DNA of 62,993 nucleotides, filler included, from Octopus bimaculoides (Eukaryota), in the NCBI RefSeq assembly GCF_001194135.2. It is 7 parts of 6 records of this genome, joined end to end, with 100 filler letters (N's around TTAATTAATTAA, not from the genome) between each part and the next. Parts side by side here need not be neighbours in the genome. Positions count along the whole stretch, not along the records: positions 48,025 to 58,082 come from NC_068987.1; positions 58,183 to 62,993 come from NC_069005.1; 5 more parts are not named here. One strand, written 5' to 3'. Positions within the stretch are counted from its first letter, which is position 1. Every line of letters begins with the position of its first letter. A program made the position numbers and the translations under genes. This document shows positions 50,989 to 62,952 of the stretch, piece by piece. The notes under the pieces were generated by a model. It ran no database searches. It had not been told where the DNA came from and worked only from the letters and a program-made list of their open reading frames with translations.

Positions 50989-51400
50989 CATATATATATA
51001 TAGATGCACATGTGTATATATACATACATACATGCATATATACATGCATTTATATACATATAGATGGATCGATATATCGATAAATAGACACATAAATACA
51101 AATAGTTGCATAAATATATAGATGCATAAATGCATACATAGGTACATACATGTATGCATTCATACATGTACATACATACGAATACGGATTCATACACGCA
51201 TGCATACATATATAAATATATATAAACATATACGCATACATATATATGTACATATACATACAAATATACATACATATATACATACACATAGGTACATATG
51301 TACAATACGTACATACATATAGTTATATCCATACACTTAAACATACAGATATATACACGAATATACGTACATATGAATACATAAATAAACATACACACGT
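49790..51400. repeat. (CATA)n/(TA)n/(CA)n low-complexity block
   Basis: Direct reading; includes a gap. Confidence 0.9.
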
Positions 51401-51761
51401 CTCCCTTTATAAAAATCACGTGGAAGTTCAGATCGTTGGTTGCTATAAAAGATTATTTCTGTCAAAATCTTTACAGATTTCGTTCCAGGAAGCACGCATA
51501 CACACGCATGCGCACACACATGCCCAAAATGTTTGTTTACATAGAGAAACTCGTTCATATTGACAAACTCAAATACAAACACTCATAAACATATACACGC
51601 AGACGTACACAAGTAGGTCTTATGTGCGCATGCACAATTTAGAGTGAGAGTGGCATATTGAAGCTTACACACACACACACACTCACATTTCATAAATGCA
51701 AACACATGCGCACGCACACAGTCATATAATTACATACACACATGTATGTACTCAAATACTG

Positions 51762-52147
51762 TATGCGTTGGCACTCCTTCTCTTACGACGTCGAGGGTTC
51801 CAGTTGATCCGATCAACGGAACAGCCTGCTCGTGAAATTAACGTGCAAGTGGCTGAGCACTCCACAGACACGTGTACCCTTAACGTAGTTCTCGGGGATA
51901 TTCAGCGTGACACAGTGTGACATGGCTGACCCTTTGAATTACAGGCACAACAAAAACAGGAAGTAAGAGTGAGAGAAAGTTGTGGTGAAAGAGTACAGCA
52001 GGGTTTGCCACCATCCCCTGCCGGAGCCTCGTGGAGGTTTAGGTGTTTTCGCTCAATAAACACTCACAACGCCCAGTCTGGGAATCGAAACCGCGATCCT
52101 ATGACCGCAAGTCCGCTGCCTTAACCACTGGGCCATTGCGCCTCTGC
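51762..52147 (-). mobile_element. tRNA-derived SINE, family D, full length
   Basis: A/B-box head; 12-bp TSD ACTCAAATACTG at 51750-51761 and 52148-52159. Confidence 0.92.
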
Positions 52148-52189
52148 ACTCAAATACTGACATAGTATTAATAATACTTTCTAATTTTC

Positions 52190-52365
52190 ACACAATGCCA
52201 ACCATTTTAGAGAAAAGGGACAAGTAGACCTTAGTGCTCGTCTGGTACTTATTTCATCGATTCCCAAAGGATGAAAGGCAAAGTCGACCTCGGCGAAAAT
52301 TTGAACTTAGAACGTATAACCGGAAGAAAAGTTGCTAAGCATTTTGTCCGGCGTACCAATGATTG
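52190..52365 (-). mobile_element. Diverged SINE family A copy
   Basis: GGTACTTATTTCATCGATTCCCAAAGGATGAAAGGCAAAGTCGACCTCGGCG. Confidence 0.65.
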
Positions 52366-52374
52366 CACTTTACT

Positions 52375-52620
52375 AATAATAATTATTATTATTGTTATTA
52401 CAATAATCCTTTCTACTGTAAGCACAAGACCTGGAACTTTAGGGAAGGGGGCTAGTCGATTACATCGACTCCAGTGCGTAACTGGTACTTATTTTATCGA
52501 TCCTAAAAGGATGAAAGGTAAAGTCCAGCTTGGCGGAATTTGAACTCAGGGCGTAAAGACGAGCGAAATACTGCTAAGCATTTCGTCTGGCGTCTAACGA
52601 TTCTGTTAGCTTGCCGCCTT
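52375..52620 (-). mobile_element. SINE family A with (ATT)n on both sides
   Basis: Full head-to-tail match to the 37152 copy. Confidence 0.85.
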
Positions 52621-52679
52621 AATAATAATAATAATAATAATAATAATGATAATAATAATAATGATGATGGGGAGGAGGA

Positions 52680-52945
52680 GGATAATTGCAGAATCTGTGG
52701 ACAAAATGGTGAAACCGTATGGCATATTAGCTGCCAATGTACGCCGCTAGCCCAGAAGGAATATAAGAGACGCCACGACAATATAGCAAGGTTTGTCCAT
52801 TGGACACTTTGCAACAAGTATGGACTTGACAGAGCAAAAAATTGGTACGACCACAAACAAACTCAAAGGCATCATCGAAAATGATAATGCAAAGATCTTG
52901 TGGGATTTTATGATTCACTGCGACCATGAGATAGAGAATAGGTGC
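52680..52945 (+). mobile_element. R4/Dong-like fragment (group B): CCHC knuckle and start of RLE
   Basis: CRICGQNGETVWHISCQC (C-x2-C-x8-H-x4-C), EYKRRHDNIAR, ENDNAKILWDF; preceded by (AAT)n. Confidence 0.85.
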
Positions 52946-53109
52946 CCTAGGTGGTCGGGGTCACCAGGATGTGTGAGATTCCTTGGTTGGTCTTGGCTTG
53001 AACTTCCCTTTTGTTATTGTCTTTTTTATTCTATACATATATTTCTGTGCTAAACTCAACTCGTCCTTTGTCTCGTATTAACCATTTTTGTGAGTACACA
53101 CACGTGTAT

Positions 53110-53223
53110 GTATGACTTTAAAAGACTTGGTGTAAATATTTTGATAGGAAGAGTATTCACCATAGCAAGGTCGTGGTCTCGATTCTCAAACAAGTCATGC
53201 GTTGTGTTCTTGAACAAAACACT
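53110..53223 (+). mobile_element. Diverged tRNA-like SINE head
   Basis: GGTCGTGGTCTCGATTCTC B-box-like, then GTTGTGTTCTTGAACAAAACACT; cut by gap. Confidence 0.5.
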
Positions 53224-54157
53224 NNNNNNNNNNNNNNNNNNNNNNNNNNNNNNNNNNNNNNNNNNNNNNNNNNNNNNNNNNNNNNNNNNNNNNNNNNNNN
53301 NNNNNNNNNNNNNNNNNNNNNNNAAAGATGCCTTTTGAAACCTGTTAAAAAGTAACAGCAAAGACGATATATATGTAAAATTGATTTATTCGACACTAAT
53401 TGTAGTTTCCCATGATATTACAAATTAAACCTATTTTTAATGAGCTTGAACAACAAAAATAACTTAGAAAGAAAATAGATCCTGAGAAATTCAAGATTGT
53501 AATAGGAGTGCAACGATTTAGACCGATCTCCACTGAATGAATAAAAATTCAAATTAACCGTCGCAGAATTAGAAGTAGAAATATTTTTTTAAAAAAGCCC
53601 AGATAAGACTCAAACCTCGGAAAGATTAATGCCAAAATACAGAGTTAAAATTTCTTCAGAAATGGAAGAAGAGCGCTAATTGGTTCAGTAATTTAATTTC
53701 GAAACTGCATTCAAGCCTGAACGTTAGATGTTTAACCCATTCTCCAAGAAAACTAAAATCTGGTAACATTACTCTCAGTTGACAAAGCAAGTACCAAAAT
53801 GCTAATCTTATCATAACAAAAGATAATTAAAAAAAAAACAAAGAAATACGATAACATGATAAATTTCAAAATAGTTGAAACGATAAATTTCAAAATAGTT
53901 GTAAATAAATTTTCTTAAAAGTGCATTTTTTAATTCTTTTTTTAATCTTTTTTCTTATTATAGGGAGGCGATAAAAATTCCCTAAGCATGTGGCTTGCTA
54001 TGAGTATATATGCCATTGATAAGGACCAACAGGGCTGAAATGGACTTGGTGTTCGCTCTAGTTGTTTCTGGGACGATTTCTGTCTTTCTCATGTTGTATA
54101 TTGTTTCTATACGCAGCGCTTTAAATTGCTTTTCAACAATATAGTTACATTATCATT

Positions 54158-54188
<31 letters not shown>

Positions 54189-54223
54189 TACATACCCATA
54201 CACACACATATATACACATATTG

Positions 54224-54328
54224 GGGCTATAGTAGAAGGAATATACCCAAAGTGCCACGAGGTGGAACTGAACCCAGAACAATGTGGTTGGAAAGCAAGC
54301 TTCTTACCACACAACTACGCCTGCGCCT
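54224..54328 (-). mobile_element. SINE family C, partial head
   Basis: GGCTATAGTAGAAG...GAACTGAACCCAGAACAATGTGGTTGGAAAGCAAGCTTCTTACCAC. Confidence 0.7.
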
Positions 54329-54455
54329 ATGTATATGTGTGTGTATTTGTATGCATATATACATATAGATATACTACGTATATATATAAATATGTGTACT
54401 ATAATATGTTTGCGCGTGTATACATACATATTAGAAATACATCTATAAGTATATG

Positions 54456-54491
<36 letters not shown>

Positions 54492-55298
54492 NNNNNNNNN
54501 NNNNNNNNNNNNNNNNNNNNNNNNNNNNNNNNNNNNNNNNNNNNNNNNNNNNNNNNNNNNNNNNNNNNNNNNNNNNNNNNNNNNNNNNNNNNNNNNNNNN
54601 NNNNNNNNNNNNNNNNNNNNNNNNNNNNNNNNNNNNNNNNNNNNNNNNNNNNNNNNNNNNNNNNNNNNNNNNNNNNNNNNNNNNNNNNNNNNNNNNNNNN
54701 NNNNNNNNNNNNNNNNNNNNNNNNNNNNNNNNNNNNNNNNNNNNNNNNNNNNNNNNNNNNNNNNNNNNNNNNNNNNNNNNNNNNNNNNNNNNNNNNNNNN
54801 NNNNNNNNNNNNNNNNNNNNNNNNNNNNNNNNNNNNNNNNNNNNNNNNNNNNNNNNNNNNNNNNNNNNNNNNNNNNNNNNNNNNNNNNNNNNNNNNNNNN
54901 NNNNNNNNNNNNNNNNNNNNNNNNNNNNNNNNNNNNNNNNNNNNNNNNNNNNNNNNNNNNNNNNNNNNNNNNNNNNNNNNNNNNNNNNNNNNNNNNNNNN
55001 NNNNNNNNNNNNNNNNNNNNNNNNNNNNNNNNNNNNNNNNNNNNNNNNNNNNNNNNNNNNNNNNNNNNNNNNNNNNNNNNNNNNNNNNNNNNNNNNNNNN
55101 NNNNNNNNNNNNNNNNNNNNNNNNNNNNNNNNNNNNNNNNNNNNNNNNNNNNNNNNNNNNNNNNNNNNNNNNNNNNNNNNNNNNNNNNNNNNNNNNNNNN
55201 NNNNNNNNNNNNNNNNNNNNNNNNNNNNNNNNNNNNNNNATATGTATATCTATACACACACACACATATATATACATACATATATACATACATTTATT

Positions 55299-55347
<49 letters not shown>

Positions 55348-56169
55348 CATACCTAAGTATATGCATAAGTACATGGATACACCAACACACTTATATACAT
55401 ACATGCATATATTTGAATGTATATAGATATGTATGTATACATGCATGGATGTATGTAGATAAATACATGAATGTACTCTTCCGTCATGTGAAGAATGTTG
55501 GGAAATTATTATTTTTAACCTTCATTAACAGTTATATTTCCGTAGAGTATTTTCCAATCGCGAAACTCATTGTTCTCATTTTCTTATAGAAGCAGCTTGT
55601 GGATTCCGTATGTCTACGCGAAAGTTGTACGGTAAATAATGCATATTTGGCCACAACTATTTTCAGAGCCGGTTTAAGATCCATAGAAGCCGTAAGAAAA
55701 TTCATAAAATAAATTATTAGCTTTGTTGGTTTTGTTTCACTTTGAAACGAAATTGACAAAACATAGTTTTATTTCAAAATGGAACAAAACTAACTATAAA
55801 ATGGAAAATAATGTTTATTTTTGTAAACTTCTACTTGAAATTTGAAACGTTTTCTCCTATTTTTTAAATGCAGAATCTTTGATTAGATTCTCACAATGAC
55901 ACCAGTAACACTTCGAAATTATATTTCCGATTATACAAACCACTTCGAATATTAGTTTAGCAAGTTCAGCGTGATATGGATTTCTTTTGTGCCGTAAACC
56001 TTTTACTATTTCTGTGGTGCTCCCAATTCTCTTGATGTCGTAAGCATGTGTTTATCTTGCTTAATGGTTAATCCAGCGCAGACTATTTTATTAAATGACA
56101 TTCATACATATTCACACGAGTGTATATATAGCTGAGAGCTATATATACATTAGTGTGAATATGTATGAA

Positions 56170-56620
56170 TATTTTTGTTTTCTCTTTCAATCTTAGACTT
56201 AATTCTTACAGGCCACCTGCTTGGTTGGAAGGCTTTGATAGAAAGTATCTTGTTTTGTTCATCACCCTTTAAATCTTAAGGCCTAGCAAACTTATATTTT
56301 TCTCTTTCTCTGCAGTTTTCTGATCACGTTTGTATCCAAAGAATAACTGATTTCCACTACGAAGCGTATTTTTATCTTGTTATCCCAATATCTGGTCGGT
56401 TGTGTTCTAACTTGGTACTCGTTTTAATTTTTAAGCTCCATCTATATTCTTTTGACCTGTTGTCCGTCAATATTTCTGCCTTTTATGCAACAGATACTCG
56501 GTGGGAATTTCCTTATCTTGAATTGCATGGAGGCAGCTTTCAAAATGGGATGTCATAAACTTGTCGGTACTCTATGCCAGGTGTTTGATAAGGTCTATTC
56601 CCTCTATGGCTTGCGTTTTT
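56170..56620 (-). mobile_element. RLE group A fragment with internal deletion of the CCHC region
   Basis: MTSHFESCLHAIQDKEIPTEYLLHKR joined to KEYRWSLKIKTSTKLEHNRPDI...FVVEISYSLDTNV...EKEK. Confidence 0.7.
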
Positions 56621-56744
56621 CGTGACGTATACCTGTGCATTATTTTCTAAGTGAACTGGTCCATTTTTTTTTTTTTCATTTTATTGAGGTAGGTAGAATC
56701 GACCAACGTGATATCTGTATCAGCTCTTTTCTTATGCTTCTCAT

Positions 56745-57567
56745 AAGGAAAATGCTAGAATGTCGGCAGGAAATCAAAGATTAGAGTCCCTCAAATGGTC
56801 CGTTGCCCTCTTTGACACCTTTCCAGCAACCCCAGGGTAGGTGGAGCTCTCTAACCATGTAAGGCAATCCACATAGGAGAAGGCCACTGCAATGTAAAGC
56901 TTACAGCTTGTTGGTCACCGCTGCCATCTCTGCACGCTGAGTCACTGTGATCAGACCTCCAAGTGTAAAGAGAGGGATCAGATTGCATAAACTGAGTCTC
57001 ATTTTAAAACTATGCATAAGCGGGACGAAAAGCCCCACAGTGTCAAGGACCCTAAACTGAATCCAATAGTGAGACCCTGGTTCGGAAGTTTTAGGGTTTT
57101 GAGCAGTGTGGAACCACTTCCCAGCTATCATTGTTCCATGGGCTAACTCTGACTCGGAGTAGTAACACCTGTCGAGGCCTCAGCTGTGGGTTAATTAGAA
57201 TGTTATGGAAGAAATACCAAGCAAAAACCGTCATTGCTTTGTTAGTACCTTGGGGAAGGAAAAGTCTTAGAGGATTCAATATCGACAGGAAATCAAATCT
57301 TAGACTCCCTTAGGTTATCCATTACCCTCTTTGACACCCTTCCAACAACTCCAGGATAGATGGAGCTCCAACTCTGTAAGGCAATTCACAAGAAGAAAGG
57401 CACTCCAACGTAAAGCCCACAGCTTGCTGGTCACCGCTGCCCTCTTTTCCCGCTGAGTCACTGTAGTCAGACCTCTAAGTGTAAAGAGGGGGAATCAGGT
57501 TACATAGACTGGCTCTCACTGTAAAACTAAGCATAGGTGGGCAGAAAAGTTCTTCAGTACTAAGGAT
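56745..57567 (+). repeat. Two ~305-bp diverged direct repeats, period 519 bp
   Basis: 56745-57050 vs 57256-57567 share CAGGAAATCAAA, CCCTCTTTGACACC, GGTCACCGCTGCC, CGCTGAGTCACTGT, CAGACCTCYAAGTGTAAAGAG. Confidence 0.85.
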
Positions 57568-57699
57568 CAGTTTACGTAACCACTTGAGGGTGTGCCACTC
57601 ATCCTCGCGATCTTCGGACATGAAGGAAACTGACATCATATTTGTAATTGTGTTGTTGGAAGGAAAGCAAGCGTTCTGTAACTAGTCCAAAGACAATAG

Positions 57700-57925
57700 T
57701 TCCTAATATAGCCACAAGGGCAGAAATTTTGAGGGGAATGGTGTTAGTTTGTATCATCGATCCCAGTTCATGATTGGTATTTTATTTTATTGACGCCAGA
57801 AGAATGAATTATTAAAGTTGATCGACCTCGGAGGGGTTAGAACTCAGAACGTTAAAATCATTGAACGAATGTAGTAAGGTATATATTTTTCCGACGCTCT
57901 TAACGATTCTGCCAACTCGTCAGGT
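57700..57925 (-). mobile_element. Old SINE family A copy
   Basis: CGACCTCGGAGG...GAACTCAGAACGTTAAA...TAACGATTCTGCCAACTCG. Confidence 0.6.
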
Positions 57926-58182
57926 GATGCTGATGTCTAGCGTTCCTTTGCGATGGAGAAACCTGATACGATTTATGTGACAAGGGGGGGAAGTGGGATT
58001 ATTTTACTGAGCTATGCTTTTTTTTTTAAGTGGTGTAAATTATGTTCAATAATAGCGATGGAGGAGAGAGAGAGAGAGAGAGNNNNNNNNNNNNNNNNNN
58101 NNNNNNNNNNNNNNNNNNNNNNNNNNTTAATTAATTAANNNNNNNNNNNNNNNNNNNNNNNNNNNNNNNNNNNNNNNNNNNN

Positions 58183-58343
58183 GTAAAAGCACCCTCTACA
58201 CTCTCTGAGTGGTTGGCGTTAGGAAGGGCATCCAGCTGTAGAAACTCTGCCAAATTAGATTGGAGCCTGGTGTAGCCATCCGGTTGCACCAGTCCTCAGT
58301 CAAATCGTCCAACCCATGCTAGCATGGAAAGCGGACGTTAAAC

Positions 58344-58376
<33 letters not shown>
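58183..58376 (+). mobile_element. LINE 3'-UTR-type repeat (probably RTE), well-preserved
   Basis: AAGCACCCTCTACACTCTCTGAGTGGTTGGCGTTAGGAAGGGCATCC...GGACGTTAAAC(GAT)n. Confidence 0.85.
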
Positions 58377-58641
58377 ATATATGAAGAAGTGCCACTCTCA
58401 AACAGTGGAAGGAGTAACATTCAGGAATCTTTGGATTTTCTTTAGGAAAGGCAGTTATACTTATTCTAGATTATTGTAATTTTAGCATGTAATTATTATT
58501 CACCTGATAAGTTGACTGGCCAACTTTTGGTATTGTAGATTGAAGGAGGCCACTGTCACAGCACTTTGAATGCACACTACTAAACATGGCTTACTACGGC
58601 AGACTAGCTCGCAGAATGAAGTTGGGACATTTGGAAGCTTG

Positions 58642-58963
58642 CGGTATGACTGAGTTTTGTATTAATCTATGCAAAAACACTCCAGAATCATATGAAGTGC
58701 CCTAGACTGCTTATGGATTAATGTTTACACTGGCACATGATATTCAAGGATGGCAGAGAAGGGCTCAGATTCAGAGAAGGGCTGAGAGACAATGAGAGGG
58801 ACATCAGGATATCAAAGCTGGTTGAGAAAATTTGGAATTTTTTAGATGAAGACTATCATTTATCTATAAGGACAAAAAACTTGCAGTTTGGATTGATTTA
58901 GTGTGGCAAGTGTACACCAAACTATTCATGGAGATCTGAACATGCGCCAAATTTGTGCAAAGT

Positions 58964-58965
<2 letters not shown>
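58642..58965 (+). mobile_element. mariner transposase N-terminal remnant
   Basis: EFCINLCKNTPESYEV.TAYG...WHMIFKDGRE...RDNER...KIWNFLDEDYHLSI...LNMRQICAK across frameshifts. Confidence 0.7.
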
Positions 58966-59017
<52 letters not shown>

Positions 59018-59296
59018 CTGCTTCATAATGAACTATTTGTAGCCAGCTTTGATAGGCAGCCTCAACACCAACTTGTTTTCTCTTGCAGTTCAAACTAGAG
59101 TTTTAGTTGTAAACAAAACTAAACACTCATAATACTAACGTATTATATTATGTCATAAGACAAATATCTGTTAGGTATATATATATATATATATATNNNN
59201 NNNNNNNNNNNNNNNNNNNNNNNNNNNNNNNNNNNNNNNNNNNNNNNNNNNNNNNNNNNNNNNNNNNNNNNNNNNNNNNNNNNNNNNNNNNNNNNN

Positions 59297-59331
<35 letters not shown>

Positions 59332-60721
59332 TGTGTGTATGTATATGTGTACATTAATGTGCATATTCATGTATGCGCACTTGTGTAACTACACCTATGT
59401 ACTTCTGAAGATGAGTTCACTGGTATATTTGCATATGCATGTGTTTGTATGTGTGTGTGTGTCTGTGTGTTTATATGTCTGCATACTTGTGCGCGCATGT
59501 GAGTGCACGTGTGTGTGTGTATGTGTATGTGTGTGTGTGCCTCTGTGTGTGTCTGCATAGAGATTTGTGCTTGTGAATGCATAATTAATAGATGGCAGAG
59601 TGAAGATAACCAAATGTCTTGAAATCCATTAGTTGTTAATCTCCACGGAGGCTGCCCACTCACTAACTCTGTCTCTTAAATCTCTTCTCTCTGTCTACAA
59701 ATGCATATATATCATGTTAATTGTATATGTTTAACATATGTATATGTCTGTGCGTATATATACATACACATACACACTCACACACACACACATGTATATA
59801 TATATATATATATNNNNNNNNNNNNNNNNNNNNNNNNNNNNNNNNNNNNNNNNNNNNNNNNNNNNNNNNNNNNNNNNNNNNNNNNNNNNNNNNNNNNNNN
59901 NNNNNNNNNNNNNNNNNNNNNNNNNNNNNNNNNNNNNNNNNNNNNNNNNNNNNNNNNNNNNNNNNNNNNNNNNNNNNNNNNNNNNNNNNNNNNNNNNNNN
60001 NNNNNNNNNNNNNNNNNNNNNNNNNNNNNNNNNNNNNNNNNNNNNNNNNNNNNNNNNNNNNNNNNNNNNNNNNNNNNNNNNNNNNNNNNNNNNNNNNNNN
60101 NNNNNNNNNNNNNNNNNNNNNNNNNNNNNNNNNNNNNNNNNNNNNNNNNNNNNNNNNNNNNNNNNNNNNNNNNNNNNNNNNNNNNNNNNNNNNNNNNNNN
60201 NNNNNNNNNNNNNNNNNNNNNNNNNNNNNNNNNNNNNNNNNNNNNNNNNNNNNNNNNNNNNNNNNNNNNNNNNNNNNNNNNNNNNNNNNNNNNNNNNNNN
60301 NNNNNNNNNNNNNNNNNNNNNNNNNNNNNNNNNNNNNNNNNNNNNNNNNNNNNNNNNNNNNNNNNNNNNNNNNNNNNNNNNNNNNNNNNNNNNNNNNNNN
60401 NNNNNNNNNNNNNNNNNNNNNNNNNNNNNNNNNNNNNNNNNNNNNNNNNNNNNNNNNNNNNNNNNNNNNNNNNNNNNNNNNNNNNNNNNNNNNNNNNNNN
60501 NNNNNNNNNNNNNNNNNNNNNNNNNNNNNNNNNNNNNNNNNNNNNNNNNNNNNNNNNNNNNNNNNNNNNNNNNNNNNNNNNNNNNNNNNNNNNNNNNNNN
60601 NNNNNNNNNNNNNNNNNNNNNNNNNNNNNNNNNNNNNNNNNNNNNNNNNNNNNNNNNNNNNNNNNNNNNNNNNNNNNATATATATATATATATATACACA
60701 GGTGTGTGTGTGTGTGTATAT

Positions 60722-60905
60722 ATCATCATTTAACATCCGTTTTCCATGCTGGCATGGGCTGGATGGCTTGACTGAAAGGTGGTAAGCTGGGGACCTGCAC
60801 CAGTTCCCAGTCTGTTGCTTGGCAAGGTTTCTACAGCTGGACACCCTTCCTAATGCCAAACACTCCAAGAGCGTAGTGGGTGCTTCTTACGGTCTACCAG
60901 CACAG
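60722..60905 (-). mobile_element. LINE 3'-UTR-type repeat (probably RTE)
   Basis: Reverse complement of the 58183 and 62400-62570 sequences. Confidence 0.75.
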
Positions 60906-60974
60906 GTGCCAGTTATACGACACCAGAATCGTCCATAACTTTGATCTCACTTGATAGGTCTTCTCAAGCACACC

Positions 60975-61072
<98 letters not shown>

Positions 61073-61603
61073 ACGTATATATGTATATGTGTATATATAT
61101 GTGTATATGTATATATGTGTATACACATATGCACATATGCACATATACACTCAGGTGCTTTTAATATTAAATAAATGAAATACATAAATAAAGAAAGGAA
61201 GAAAGTGAAAACAAAATAGAATATGAAGAGAAATCAAGAAAAATCTTAGTTCCCAGAATATGAGCGAGGGAGAAAGGGAGAGGGGTGAAGAGACGAAAAG
61301 AAATAAGAGAGAGTAGCAGGATAGGAAAAGAAGAAATGGGAGTGGAGAATGTAGAGTAAAGAGAGAGAGAGAGTGAGAGAGAGAAAGCTGTGTAGTTTTT
61401 CTCTGTAAATCTCATACATATTCAAAAGGCAAATTTGTTGAGATTGAAATTGTATGTGGTTGTTTGTATCAAATACACATCATTATTTACCACCACCACC
61501 ACTACCACCACCACTGCTACATTACTGCCACCACCACACTGATGCTGCTTCCACTCCCACTGGCTTTTGAGCTACCATCACAACCACTATTAATTCCAAG
61601 AGA

Positions 61604-61643
<40 letters not shown>

Positions 61644-62073
61644 AGAGAGAGAGAGAGAGAAGGGGAGAGAGAGAGAGGCGAGGAAGAAGAGAGAGAGATG
61701 TGAAATTGTTAGTTTAATAAGTTAGTTTAATTAACAATATGGCTATCGGGAAAATAGCTGAAGGGAACATTCTGCATACTAAATAGCAGACATACAGCAG
61801 GCTCTTGTATACATGTGTGTGATAGAGCGAGTTGAAAAACTTTATCCAACTGAGATCATGCAAGCAATTAGTGGGCAAAACCTTCCTCAAGGTGAGTTTA
61901 AAATTTGATAAAAATTAAGGAAGTGGCAGAACTAATTCCAATATGATCATTTGATTGAAATGTCAGGGGAAAATCTGGTCTTGAACTCACCTGGATACGT
62001 ACATGTTCCAGTGTTATTTTTACCTGCTCAGTGAAGCAGATTTTACTCACCTGACATGATTAAAAATCGTATT

Positions 62074-62570
62074 CTGTACTTGAGGAGACCTATTGAGTCA
62101 AATAAAATCGCAATCAAAATTCAAATCAAATCACAATCAAATGGAAATTGTAGTTGTGGCCGATGCCAGTGCTGCCTGATTGGCACCCATGCTGGTAGCA
62201 CGCAATAAGCACCATGTATGCATGGGTCATTGTCAGTCCTGCCACACTGGCTCCCCGTACTGGTGGCAAATAAAATGTACCATCGGAAGATGGTCGATGC
62301 CAGCCTCCATACCCCGACTGGCTCCTGTGCCAGTAGCATGTAGAAAGCACCATTCAAATGTGGCCGATGCCAGTGCCGCCTCACTGACTCCCATGCCAGT
62401 AGCATGTAAAAAGCACCCACTACACTCTGTAAAGTGGTTGGCATTAGGAAGGGCATCCAGCTGTAGAAACCAAAGCAGATATGGAACTTGGAGAGCTCTT
62501 CAGCTGGTCAGACCCTGTAAGACCGTCCAGTGCAGGCCAGCATGGAAAATGGACATTAAATGATGATGAT
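62074..62570 (+). mobile_element. LINE 3' UTR (probably RTE) with four internal ~67-bp units and (GAT)n tail
   Basis: Units starting GTGGCCGATGCCAG near 62157, 62223, 62291, 62360, then the conserved terminal module. Confidence 0.8.
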
Positions 62571-62790
62571 CTGAAAAGATAATAGTCAGATGGAGCAAGT
62601 TCAGGAGAAATAGGATGATGATGCCAAACTTCCATATTTAGTGCCATAATCTTTTCCTGGTTGTCTTGGGCAATTTGTAGTTTTAAGAGCAACCCTTCTC
62701 CTCTAAGGGTACTTTTGTGGAAAATTTTTGTGAAATCTTTCAAATGATGACAGTATACCACTGAATTAATTGCTCCATTTTTGTTTAAAC
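62571..62790 (-). mobile_element. mariner transposase C-terminal remnant
   Basis: INSVVYCHHL...QEKIMALNMEVWHHHPISPELAPSDYYLFRS (YSPDLAPSDY motif). Confidence 0.75.
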
Positions 62791-62794
62791 AGTT

Positions 62795-62951
62795 CTGTAA
62801 CTGTGTTTTTAAGAAGCTTGCTCCCCAGTCACAACGTTTCAGGTTCAGTTCCATTGTGTGGGACCTTGGGAAAGTGTCTTCTAATAAAGCTTCGGGCTGA
62901 CCAAAGTCTTGCGAGTGGATTTGATGGGCGGACACTGAAGAGAAACCCGAC

Positions 62952-62952
<1 letters not shown>
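62795..62952 (+). mobile_element. SINE family C head ending in (TA)n
   Basis: GGTTCAGTTCCATTG...GGAAAGTGTCTTCTAATAAAGCTTCGGGCTGACC...GAAACCCGACG(TA)n. Confidence 0.8.

Noticed and set aside
56910-57520. HDV-like ribozyme in the 519-bp-period repeats
   Set aside because: An L3/P3-like segment (CTT-TTCCCGCT-GAG) is present, but I found no matching P1 5' strand, no GG for P1.1 and no P2 partner.
5452-58138. Six TTAATTAATTAA islands
   Set aside because: Each sits exactly between two 44-N runs (100 nt total) and carries stops in all six frames; it is a scaffolding spacer, not biology.
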